A stretch of 64,000 bases of DNA from Chrysomallon squamiferum (lineage: Eukaryota > Animalia > Mollusca): NCBI GenBank assembly GCA_012295275.1, contig CM022672.1, forward strand, positions 35,278,001 to 35,342,000, given 5' to 3'. Within the stretch, counting starts at the first letter, position 1; each line of letters begins with the position of its first letter. This document shows, one piece after another, positions 42,397-55,200 of this stretch. The notes beneath the pieces are model-generated. The model saw nothing but the letters and a program-made list of their open reading frames with translations. It was not told the DNA's origin and ran no database searches. Both the position numbers and the translations under genes were made by a program.

Positions 42397-42861
42397 CGTG
42401 CATATCTTTGTTAGGGGTGTGCTTGTTGTATATCGTATGTGCGCGTAAGTTTGTATGTTTGTATGTTAGTGCATTTGTCTTAGTGTGTCCGTGTGTGTGT
42501 GGCTTTATCACTATTATAACATAACAGATTTTATAATATTAACAAAAAAGAAACTAAAATGCTTAATTATATAATTTTGCTTTCTTGAAATATATATATA
42601 TATAAAGAAAAGCTTTTTAAATATTAGTATATATTTATCAAGAATTTAAAACCAGCGATATAATGGATTATCTGTCCTTTGTTTTAAATATAAAGTACAA
42701 TTAGAGTTAAAACCAGTCTAATGTATAATACATTTTAGCTGATATCTAGTTTCACAGAGGTTTCATTAATATCAGCTGTAACATGAATAACAAGAGAATA
42801 ACATCCGTCTTACATCATCAGCTAACGTTTACTAAGTTTTCCATTCACTGAAAATAGTAAC

Positions 42862-42925
<64 letters not shown>

Positions 42926-43298
42926 GCAATAACAACAACAACACAAAGATAATAATCCAATACAATTATGAGATTGTAAATTAATTGTTTTATATGATCT
43001 GTACAGTTCTAAGGTAGTTTTATAATAAATTGTAAATGGCGTGGAATAAATGAGTTTAAGTTTGTTACAATAAAATTATTGTTTAATATTTTGTATGTGT
43101 ATTTAAATTTATTTATATCATTCAGCAGAAGTTAAGTTAAATAAAGAAGTTTAAACGAATCTTCCTCGTTTTAAACTTTGACCTGACAAGATACAAACAG
43201 CGACTTCCTCTGTTTGAACGCAATCCGGGTGCTTTCCCGCCAGAAGGAAGGAAGCAGACGACTTTCGTGAAACGCCCTATCCGTCCTCGACATCGCAC

Positions 43299-43348
43299 GT
43301 TTGTCACTGTCAGTCAGACAATAGGAACTAGAGCACAGTCGTGTGTGC

Positions 43349-43379
<31 letters not shown>

Positions 43380-43422
43380 CGTGTTTGTGACTGTCAGTCA
43401 GACAATAGGAACTAGAGCACAG

Positions 43423-43473
<51 letters not shown>

Positions 43474-43539
43474 TGTGTGTTTGTGCGTGTTTGTGACTGT
43501 CAGTCAGACAATAGGAACTAGAGCACAGTCGTGTGTGTG

Positions 43540-43587
<48 letters not shown>

Positions 43588-43692
43588 TGTATGTGTGTGT
43601 GTTTGTGTGTGTGTATGTTTGTGTGTGTGTGTGTGTTTCTGCGCGTGTGCGTGTTTGTAACTGTCAGTCAGACAATAGGAACTAGAATACAG
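43299..43692. repeat. Composite repeat: 4 copies of a conserved ~42-bp core separated by variable (GT)n tracts
   Basis: GTTTGTGACTGTCAGTCAGACAATAGGAACTAGAGCACAGTCG at about 43299, 43383, 43489 and 43653. Confidence 0.93.
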
Positions 43693-43973
43693 AGGTGAAT
43701 AAACTCAACAACGTGTGTGTGTGTGCGTGTGTGTGTGTGTGTGTGTTTGTCGAAAGAGAGAGACACTCACAAACACATATAAGTAATTTCAAATAAATAA
43801 ATTCATACAGATCGCCTAAATTTATGTGTGTGTACGCAAAGAAAAACACAAAATGCAAAATACAATTTTAAACATGAATTATTTTATACGTACAATACAT
43901 ACATCTATACTTTCATTATTATTAATTATTATTACTGTTATTATTATTATTAATATTATTATTATTATTATTA

Positions 43974-44080
<107 letters not shown>

Positions 44081-44696
44081 CACATTCTCATAACTAAATA
44101 ATCCGAAGGCAGGTTAGAAGATACGTAAACTCTGAAATAAATAAAACAAGATAAATTTACTGTTTAATTTTGAAAAAAGCTTTATTTTATATTTTAAGCA
44201 TTCAAAATCTAAATCTTTTTCTTCTAGTTGAAAAAAAAAAAAATAATAATAATAAAAATACTGTGCTCCTTAAAATTAAAATTACAAATCTACTAGACTT
44301 GTTTTATACTGAAACCGAATCATATTCACTTTAAGTTTAATTTCAGCCATAAGTAGTCTTTATAATATTAGTACATTATCCACAGTATATTCAAAGTTCA
44401 AATAAATCTAGATATTAAATTATTTAAAACAAAATATCCACAAAATAAATATAATAAATAGACTGTTAACATATGAATGACGAAAGAATAAATGTTTATT
44501 TAATATCTAACTCGACTACTAAATATTTACAATTATTTTCTCACACGCAGAAACAAATGTAATCATATTTAAGATATATCACAAAAATAAATAAATAAAT
44601 GAATAAAAATACAAAAGAAAATCAAACTCTAGTTTTTACATTTAATAGGGCAACAGCAAGAAGGTTGAGTTTTTGTTATTTTTATTATTAATCGTC

Positions 44697-44774
<78 letters not shown>

Positions 44775-45039
44775 TATTTTAATATTTCACAGTTTATTTA
44801 TTTATCTACTGATACTTCGATTCTGATATTTACCGTTATTATTATAGTTTTGTTGTTTTGTAATTGTTGTTATGTTTTTTTGTTATTATTTAGTTATTGT
44901 TCTTATTGTGGTTATTATTATTGTTATTGATTATTACTAGTGTTTTCTTGTTGTTGTTGTTCTTTTGTAACTAATATTATGTTTTTTTTTATCTTCTTAT
45001 TGTCATTATTGGTATTATTATTGTCATTATAACTATTAC

Positions 45040-45072
<33 letters not shown>

Positions 45073-45658
45073 CATTATTATTTCTTCTTTTTTCTTTTTA
45101 TTATTATTGCTGTTGTTGCTGATGCTGTTGTTTTTAATGCTAATTATAATTTTCGGATTAGGTAAAATTAAGACACGGAAAATGTTTTTAATGCCCCCAC
45201 ACACGCCCCCCCCCCCCCCCCCCACACACCCCCATCAGTTCTGAAAAAGCAGTCATTAGGAGTGTATGTATGACACCAATTAAATAAATTTAAATGTAAC
45301 ATGTTAAAAAAATAAAACATTCTTTAAACGTGACATTTCTGTCCTATGCAGGTTTTTTAAATCTCACATTTAACACTTTACGTTCCTCGTAAACAGGAAA
45401 TTTTATTTTGTACAAACTGATATTTAATTTCGTTATTGCTTACGAACTATACATTATTTTGAATTTTATTCTAGTAATCTAAAATTTGATATTTCATGTC
45501 TAGTGGATTTATTTTTGTTAGATAATAACTGCTGTTCATTGTTACAAAAGTTAGTTGTTCGGCGATATTCGTAGTGATTCAAATACATTTTATTTTATTT
45601 TTATTTTTATTTATTTATTTAATCCACACGCACACGCACAAACACGCACATGTTGTGT

Positions 45659-45710
<52 letters not shown>

Positions 45711-46731
45711 TAGAGATGTAACTGTATATACATGCAAATACACAAACACACAAACATATATGCATTAACATATACACTGAAAGTATCACTAAAAATAATG
45801 TTTAAAAATTGTTGAAAGCTTGAAAAACTTCCAAAATGTAATTTCACAACATATTCCCTTTTTTAAATATATTGAATAGCCCAACAGCTTAATAAGAAAA
45901 ACAAAATAATCAACGTTCATAAACTTTCTGTAAATTTATAATTACAAAACCAGTAAATCAACAAAAAAAAAAAAATATGTTCTTCAAAATAACATTCTTC
46001 TAAAATAAAATAGTGCTAAACGAAAATATTACACACACACATACATACACATAGACATAAATACACATATTTCTGAAAATATTATTAACGTTTACTGTTC
46101 ACGAGAAAAACTTGGTATTTAATAAACAAAAAAATTAAAAAAATGTTCGTCTGCCAATAATGAAAAACATAAATTGCGTTAAGAACCGGAAAAGGGAATG
46201 ATAATAAATTACACAAAGATGTTCGCGTTGCCAGGAAACGAGGCAACATCAAACAGTAATGTACTGAAAGTGTATCTAAATTGTCTTGTCGTCTTTAATT
46301 GAGTTTTCAACGTCGCTGACGTTGTTTGTGTCGACAGCTATTAGGAATTCATAATTTCTTTCAACAACTGTCCGCCTTCATCATATTACGTCTTTATTAA
46401 AGAAAAAAACGAAATATTCATAAATTTTACGAAACGGTAATTTTTATTTACGTTAAATGAGTTGGGAATATAAAAATGTTCGCTAAAAGTGCATTATGTG
46501 AATTATTGCCGTACTTATCATTGTTACTACAACTACTAGTACTGTGTCATATTAATACTGCAATTATTACTACTAATATTACTTTACTAATATTTTAACA
46601 TCACTGATATTGCAACTTCATCCTTATCCTCATCATCATCATCATCATTATTATCATCATCATCATATAATGATAATTATTTTTAATACTGTCCTTATTA
46701 TTATAAATGTAATTATTATTGTCACATTATC

Positions 46732-46764
<33 letters not shown>

Positions 46765-46775
46765 GTAGTTGTTGC

Positions 46776-46827
<52 letters not shown>

Positions 46828-47261
46828 GCTGTTGTTGTTGTGTTGTATCGGAAGTGTAATTTGATTACATTTCCACATTCAGCGCTCAATTTCGAGTAGC
46901 GAGAGAAAAAGAAAAAAAAGGAAAAAAACAACATTTAGTAAAACGAAATCTTTTTTTACTAACTGCATAAAATTATTTAAAGCGAAGGAGTAAAATTCTA
47001 TAACGATTAAAGACTCGGAGGGGGAAATTTGATGACGTTTACAGTGTTTAGGTGAAATATACATATATATATATAAAAGTATATATATATATATATAAAT
47101 AAACATTTTTCATTTTAAGCTATTTATCAATATTTAATTATCTGTTATTTCTTTCTTTATTTCTTTATTTACTTACTTATTAATAAGATCCTCATTATCA
47201 ACTATTATTATTATTATTAAGCAATGATTAACAAAATTAAATATAATAATAATAATAAATT

Positions 47262-47309
<48 letters not shown>

Positions 47310-47614
47310 GAGAAGTATTATATCAACTATCAGTGAACCCAGTTAAGAGAAAAATAATGCAAAATATGAATATTTATATTTTTAGTTATATTTATTAGAT
47401 TTTTTAATTTTGCTGAAAATATAAGTGAAATATTTTAACTGAGACAGACTGTAAGCGTGTTTTTATTGCTTCAACAGAAGACGCTTGTCAGAGTGATAAT
47501 AAATTACATTTGTTAAAATGATTACAACTTGCAGCACGTCAGACTTCATCCAGCAGCAGCAACATCAGCGTTGTACCCACTTCTCTCTTTATCATAACCG
47601 ATCTCTTCCCCAGA

Positions 47615-47643
47615 TCTCCCTCTCTCTCTATATATATATATCT

Positions 47644-47681
<38 letters not shown>

Positions 47682-47715
47682 ATCTCTCTCTCTCTCTGTA
47701 TCTATCTCTCTATCA

Positions 47716-47748
<33 letters not shown>

Positions 47749-47844
47749 TCTACATCTCTCTCTATCTCTCTCTACATCTGTCTATCTCTCTCTCTATCTC
47801 TGTATCTATCTCTATCTATCTCTCTCTCTCTCTCACTGTATATA

Positions 47845-47875
<31 letters not shown>

Positions 47876-47990
47876 CTCTCTCTCTCTCTCTATCTCTTTC
47901 TCTATCTCTATCTCTCTTTACATCTCTCTCTCTCTATCTGTATCTATCTCTATCTCTCTCACTCTCTCTCACTGTATCTATCTCTCTTTA

Positions 47991-48053
<63 letters not shown>

Positions 48054-48215
48054 ACATCTCTCTCTCTATCTCTATCTCTCTTTACATCTCTCTCTCTATC
48101 TCTCTTTACATCTCTCTCTATCTCTCTCTCTAACTCTCTATATATATATTCTGTCTCTCCCTCTTTCTCTCTACATATATAGATATATCATTTCCCTATT
48201 TCTCTTTCTCTCTAC
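47615..48215. repeat. About 600-bp degenerate (CT)n polypyrimidine tract
   Basis: CT repeat with recurring TACATC/TGTATC interruptions. Confidence 0.95.
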
Positions 48216-48316
48216 ATATATAACACACACACACGCACACACACACATGTTTATTTAAGACTTTTCTCTCTCTCTTTCTATTTCCGTGTAATCTCTCAAC
48301 TTTATAATCTGTGAAA

Positions 48317-48360
<44 letters not shown>

Positions 48361-48461
48361 TTGTGAGCAGAAAGCGAGAGAGCCTATAGAAGGATAAAAG
48401 GAAAAACGAGCACACAAACACAGAAAGAAGTTAATGTGTTTCTCTCTTTATTACTGTATAC

Positions 48462-48560
48462 CACTGGTTTTCAACCTTTTTCATACCGCGACCCCTTATA
48501 AGCAACTCTGTATTTCAGATGATCCCCCTTTAAAAATTTTGATCCAGTAACATCTAGGGT
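48462..48560 (+). mobile_element. Solo left end of a hAT/Charlie-like element in the NK4 intron
   Basis: CACTGGTTTTCAACCTTTTT...GCGACCCC resembles the Charlie TIR and subterminal motif; preceded by CTGTATAC (nnnTAnnn). No right end found. Confidence 0.5.
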
Positions 48561-48664
48561 AAACATATTTTCATCAACCAAAGACAGTACAAAACGAATC
48601 TATATTCACTATAATGTATCTATGTGATATGTCTATCTACCTATCTGCCTATCTACCTACCTAC

Positions 48665-48724
<60 letters not shown>

Positions 48725-49669
48725 CCATCCATCTGTCTTTCTATTTGGCTGTCTCTCTATCCAGCTAGCTAGCTAATTACCTATGTATGTATCTTTGTAT
48801 CGGAGCGCATGTAATGTATACACAAGATTCCAAACTGCACCCAACAAACTCTCAGCGAAAAGCTATCACGTAGAATCAAACATCTTTTTTACATTTTTTT
48901 TTTTTTTTTTTTTTTCTTGGAACTGTCATTCGAAACATTTGGAGTTCATTTTCTTACGTCCGTTAATGTTGAAAAGGAGCCCGGGTTCGGTGCGGGTGAG
49001 TGAGGAGCAAGCCCATCTCCTAATATGATTTTCATGTAGAATTTCACGGGTTAATTGTTAAAAGATGGAGGTCGCGCGACTGATGTATTTATTAACAGGC
49101 TACCAGCTAGACCCGAAACCATTGCACCGGAAAGATACGACCGATAGTCGGGCAATTACGTAGAATCGCGTAGCTAGTCCTGTTAGGTATTTACTTGTGA
49201 AATATTTTTATTTATTTGGTTACTTTGTTTGTTTGTTTGTTTGTTTACTTATTTATTTGTTAATTTTTTTTTTTTTTTTTATTTTGTTTGTTTGTTTGTT
49301 TTATTTATTTGTTAAATTTTTTTTTTTAGTTAGTTATTTTGTTTGTTTGTTTGTTTACTTATTTACTTGTTAAATTTTTTTTTATTTAATTATTTTGTTT
49401 GTTTACTTATTTATTTATTAAATATTTTTATTTATTTTGTTATTTTGTTTGTTTCTTTACTTATTTATTTGTTAAATATTTTTATTTATTTATTTATTTT
49501 GTTTGTTTGTTTACTTATTTATTTAATTAATTATTTGATCATTTACTCATGTATTTATTTATTTATTTGTTTATTTTATTTGTTTGTTTGTTTGTTTTAA
49601 AATAATAACTATAACAGCAGCAGTAACAACAACAACGGCAACAACAATAACAATAACAATAACAATAAC

Positions 49670-49703
<34 letters not shown>

Positions 49704-49761
49704 GTAGTAGTAGTAGTAGTGGATAAATTAGTCTAATTCCAAAGTTGATGGTGATAGCTAC

Positions 49762-49795
<34 letters not shown>

Positions 49796-50198
49796 ATCAT
49801 AGCAACAGCAGCAGCAACACCAGAAACAGGACTTTATGAAGGAAGTATTGATACTAGTAGATATAATCCAGTAAAACTGTACATAAAACGGAATAATACA
49901 ATTAATAGACAGTAAATGCGAGTTAGAGCCGCCATTAAGTAAACAGAATGAAAGTACAGCCGACAGCTACGTGTTTTTTACTGCTGCAGCGTCAACTGCC
50001 TGCTCGTAAAGTCTCGTCTTTACAGACGTGTCTCGCGATAAAACGCGAGATAAAAATCAGGTTTTAATCTCTAAACAGTGTATTAACTCGTTTCTAAAGT
50101 GACGTCACAATACATCGTTTCTGCTTTTCTTCGTTTTCTGTTTGTTATCGGTTTTTCTATAACAGTCATGTTTATTATTAGTGATATTTTCTTCATCG

Positions 50199-50257
<59 letters not shown>

Positions 50258-51680
50258 GGTGGAAGTAATATTATTACTTTTGCTATTTTTGTTGTTGTTG
50301 TTGTTATTATTATATTATTATTATTATTATCGTAATTGTTATTATTATTATCCTCCACGTAATAAATATATTTACTTAAAATATAAAGCTGGTTACTAAA
50401 CTGAAATCACTTTTTTAGTAGTAGTAGTATTAGTGTTATTATTATCATTCATTATTATCATCATCTTCGTTATTTTTTTCTTTGAGGTTTATTTTTAATG
50501 TAATTTTATTTTTCTGCATTAATGTTTTTATTTTTATTTATTTATATTTATTTAATAGTTATCTAATTATTTTTTCTTTTCAGTGATTTATATACAAGAG
50601 TCAATATTTTTTTAAATTTTATATTTCATTTATTCTTCATTCATAATAAAAGAACTTAACAAACATTTTCAATACATATATATATATATATATATATTAT
50701 TTTTTTTTTATTAAATTATTATTTGGTAATGAATTATGATATATGACATATAGCCTATTATCTTGGTTTATCTTAATTAGCAGCGATCAAATTTATTTCT
50801 AGAATATTTTTTTTTTTTACTATATTAAGAACACAATTTGGGATTTAAGAAAAAACCTGAGAATTTTTAAAATGAAATGAATACAACAAAAATAAAAATT
50901 GAATAATAAGATATTCGTGTCACTTCTGCTGCGTCCCCCCCTCCCCCCGTTCCTCCCCTACTCATGATTTCGCTCTCGGACATCCCGGCATGCAGATCTA
51001 ACGACGTGTTGAAAACGTCAGACGGGATATTTGAAAATGGCGTCGATGCTAATTGGGCCCCAGATGGAATTTCTGATGGGAGTTAATCTAAAAACATTGA
51101 AACTCGTTTCTACGACAGCAAATCCACCCATTCTGCAGGTGGAATTTCCACTTTACCTCCTCACTCCCACTAATGTATTTAATGGCGCGAAAACGGCCAT
51201 AGTCGTCTGCTGCAATGTTTCGTTTCCAGCCGAGCTGCTGATGGGTTTTGCACGTTTGTGTATAAACCGAATCGTTGGGTGGCATCGGAGAGGAAAGAGC
51301 GAGAACTCCGCAGACTAAATGTTAGGTTTGACCAAGCTTTGATCGCGAACTGAAACATGATTTTTCCTTGATTAAGAGATTATTTTATCTAAAAGGACGA
51401 TTGGTCTGCTAATACTCAACTGATAAAAACGAGGTTTGTGTGCTTGGTTGACAGTCGTTTTTTTCTTTCCCCGTAGCATGTTTAATTTATTTTAAATTAG
51501 TTTAGTTTACATTTCCATTTACTGACACTCACCATTAATTTTCTGAGATCATGACTATAAAAACATTTTTCTCTAGATTAAAATTTGAAACGTATTTTTG
51601 TTATAATTTATGTCTAATTATTTACTTTACTTTTTTTAAATTTTTCTTCCAATCCTTGTTTTTAACTTTGCTTTTTTAAA

Positions 51681-51725
<45 letters not shown>

Positions 51726-52284
51726 GTTTTCAATTTATTTATAGTCATTGTTTTTATTTAATAACTTTTTTAAGACCATGAAAAAAAATGTATCATAAGA
51801 CAAATGTGGAAAACAAAACTCACTATTTTATAGAAAAATACTTATTCGAAAGCCCAACATTATTATTTTAATCATCTTCTTTGGTGTGTTTTATTCCAGT
51901 TTTAATTCTCTGTTTATTTATTCTATTTCTGGATGTTTAAATATAATTCCTATTTGTAACAAGTGTAATAAAGTTCAAAATAAAACTGCGAACTTTGCAA
52001 GTTATTTTCTGAATAAAGTCTTTGTTTATAAAACAAACTCAGTTTAAAACTAATCGTTTCAGTTCGTATCAAAATAGCCCATCATTTTAAATTATAATTT
52101 TCTTCATTTGCAATTTATTTGTCAGCTTCTCTTCTCAACTTTTATATTTAAAAGTAATTGTTTACAAATATTTTTTGTTGTTTCTAAAGCATTAATAGTA
52201 ATGATAGTTTTGGAAGAAAAGTTAATTTTTTCAATACCTTGTTTCGTATTATAAAATAAATTGATAGTAAAAGAAAGTCAACGA

Positions 52285-52325
<41 letters not shown>

Positions 52326-52335
52326 TAACAACAAA

Positions 52336-52379
<44 letters not shown>

Positions 52380-53582
52380 TAACAACAACAACAACAACAA
52401 TAACAATAATCATAATAACAATAATAATAATAATAATAATAATATCCCAAATTATAATCAAAGATTTATTCTTGAAAACCCTTCGCTCTTTATTTATTTT
52501 TCAAATTAACTATTTCGCAAGCGAGATCTGTCGCGTATATCACCGCTCATGAGCCGCTTCTGTCGTTATCCGCCAATTTCACATCTGGCCAAAAGTTTAC
52601 ATATTGTTAGTAAATCATCTCCGCCGATTCGGAACAGGACCTCACACATTTCAATCGCGCTCAAGTAACAATTCTTCTAGGAATTTCAAAATATTCGTGC
52701 GCATGTCACAGAGCGCAGAATTCCGTTCAAGTTGTATACAAACGTCTGATTTGAAATTTCGTTTATTAAATACATGATGTTTAAATTATTTAGATTAACG
52801 GTATGTAATTTGTATAATTATACGCATGTTCTGCATAAATGAGAAGTTTAAATTCGCACTCGATTTAATTAAATAATAATAATAATAATAATAATAACAA
52901 TAACAATAATAATAAATATAGTAATAATAAAAATAATAATAATAATAATAACAATAACAACAACAATAATAATAATAATAACAACAATAACAATAATAAT
53001 AATAATAATAATAATAATAATTACATAGTTTAAATATTTACATAAGTAGGATAGTCACATATTCTGTATAAACATGCAACTTTATTTAAAATAGTTTAAG
53101 TAGTTACACTCATAGGGTATTTAAATAATTTATTTAATTACATACAAGGTCTATTTAAATAATTTATGTAACATGTATACATACAAATTGTTTGATTATA
53201 CCCTGTATAAAATTATTTAAATTATTTAAAAAAAAAAAAAAAATATCGTTATTTAAATAATTCTATGGCAAGTGTTAAGTTTTAACATGAATTATTTCAT
53301 TCTTTTTATTATTATTATTATTAACATTATTATTATTATCATTGTTATTATTAGTACTAGTATTAGTATTAGTATTAGTATTATCGTTATTATTAATATG
53401 TTTTTTTAAAGTTTACTTGGTTATCTATGAATCAGTGTAACCGCCCTGTTACTAATACTTTGTAATTCACTTTAAAAATTTCTGTTTATACAAAACGCCA
53501 ATCCTGTTTACTTTTCAAATGAAGTAAGAGGATAAAGCTGAATATATTATTATTATTATCATTATTATTATTATCATTATTA

Positions 53583-53625
<43 letters not shown>

Positions 53626-53642
53626 CATTATCATCATCATCA

Positions 53643-53673
<31 letters not shown>

Positions 53674-53797
53674 TATCATCATCATCACTATTGTTATTAT
53701 TATTATTATTATGTTATAAAAAGTATTTATAAAAAGTAATAGTAACTAAACAATGATAAAGATGATTGCGATAAGTATCATTATTATTATTATTATG

Positions 53798-53844
<47 letters not shown>

Positions 53845-54479
53845 ATGAGCAAATATCTATTTTATAATCATTTTAAATTCAGATCTAAGTCTCTGTAATG
53901 CTAAACAAAGACAAAGTTAAATAAAGATGTCAATAATGTTAATAAAGTCTGTCTTATAATCGTGTATTTTATTACTAATATTTATAAAGTTTTCTTTAAT
54001 TTACTGCGGTTTCGATGTTTTTATTTCAATGATTGTTTTAACTACGCGTTAAGATTAGATTTTATTTTAAATATGATTAACAAATTTCTTTTTATAAAAA
54101 ATAAAATAGGAATCACGGAATCATGAATAAACAAACAAATTTAAGAGAGTATTTTCGAATTTCAAATTATGTTCTTAAGAAAATAAGAAAAAAAACTATT
54201 AATTACTTTAAGCAGTTGTGTTTTTTCTTTGTTTTTGTAAGTAATATTACTGAGATGTATATATATATACCACTTATATAATATGTACCACTTTTTTATA
54301 TTAAGCGCAATTCTAGAAACGACCAATAATATTCGCAGACTTTGTGTTTACAATTTGGTGAAAAGTGGTTTTCTGAATTAATAAGAACCATTCTAAGAAC
54401 GTTGTCGAGTTGAAGCTGTGTAACAAAAGGCTTACCCGGGGGAGTGTGGCTCTTGTAGGTACTCAGGGTTCTTAGTGAG

Positions 54480-54581
54480 ATCGTATCACACAGTTTAAGT
54501 ATCTCAGTAACTACTCACTTTTTTCAATTGTATCACACAGTTTAAGTATCTCAGTAACTACTCACTTTTTTCAATCGTATC
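54480..54581. repeat. 2x47-bp tandem unit bounded by ATCGTATC direct repeats at the NK4 exon 1 boundary
   Basis: ATCGTATC at 54480-54487 and 54574-54581, ATTGTATC at 54527-54534; identical 39-bp cores between them. Confidence 0.95.
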
Positions 54582-54929
54582 CACGTCTTCACTGCACGGA
54601 GTCGGCGGTGTGCGAATCACGCCGTCGTAGTCTTTGCTCGCTCCCGTCACCATCGTCGTCCCGGGCGGAGAGCACGAGAGGTTGGCGTACGTCGCCTGCA
54701 GGTGTCCGTGGTGGGTCGGTGCGGACGTGCTGCCGTACAGACAGGAGGGGTTGCTGGTCATCTGGTCGCACAGGGGGCGCGGGGAGGAGTCGAAGGGGAA
54801 GCTGGACACGGGGAAGTTCATCTGGTAGTCCATGACGCCGCAGTGGCTCTGCTGCTGCTGCTGCTGCTCGGTCCAGCTGAGGATGTCTTTCACTGAGAAG
54901 GGTGTGGAGAAGGCCGGGTTGGCGTACAT
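54566..54929 (-). CDS. NKX2-5: NK4/Nkx2-5 (tinman-class) homeobox gene, coding exon 1
   Basis: ATG at 54929; MYANPAFSTPFSVKDIL contains the TN/eh1 motif typical of NK2-class proteins; GC-rich against an AT-rich background; ends at A|GTGAGT donor (GT at 54565-54564), phase 1, just before an in-frame TAG. An alternative ancestral end at 54436 is described in findings. Confidence 0.88.
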
Positions 54930-55200
54930 CACTTTCTACCGAGTCCGCCACCCAACAACGACGACAACGACAACACACAGTTTGGGACAGTTCGCCAGTC
55001 ACTTCGTCCTACATGAAACTTGGTCGGGTTTTAACTCGGCTCTGGAGAAACGTCGTCAACAGCTTTCAATTAGCGCAGCTTTTCAATTACCTCCCCCTCG
55101 GCGCGCGCTTCAGCCAATGAGAACGTCGGGTTGAGGGAAACACTGTAAGGACCCCCTACTCCAGTGTACACACATCTCTCACGCGCTCGCTCTCTCTCTC
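54930..55200 (-). promoter_or_regulatory. 5' UTR and proximal promoter of NK4
   Basis: CpG-rich unique sequence directly upstream of the ATG; NF-Y-type AGCCAATGA at 55112-55120; two CAATTA homeodomain-type cores near 55067 and 55084. TSS not determinable. Confidence 0.55.

Noticed and set aside
43299-43692. CRISPR-like repeat-spacer array
   Set aside because: Spacers are (GT)n tracts of variable length, the context is a eukaryotic intron, and there are no cas genes.
47518-48258. 246-aa Ser/Leu ORF, and the many poly-I/L/Y/N/ER/CV ORFs elsewhere
   Set aside because: Translations of microsatellites.
54436-54480. A small extra exon made by splicing from 54565 to an AG within 54480-54440
   Set aside because: None of the available AG acceptors gives a stop-free, phase-1 exit at the 54435 donor.
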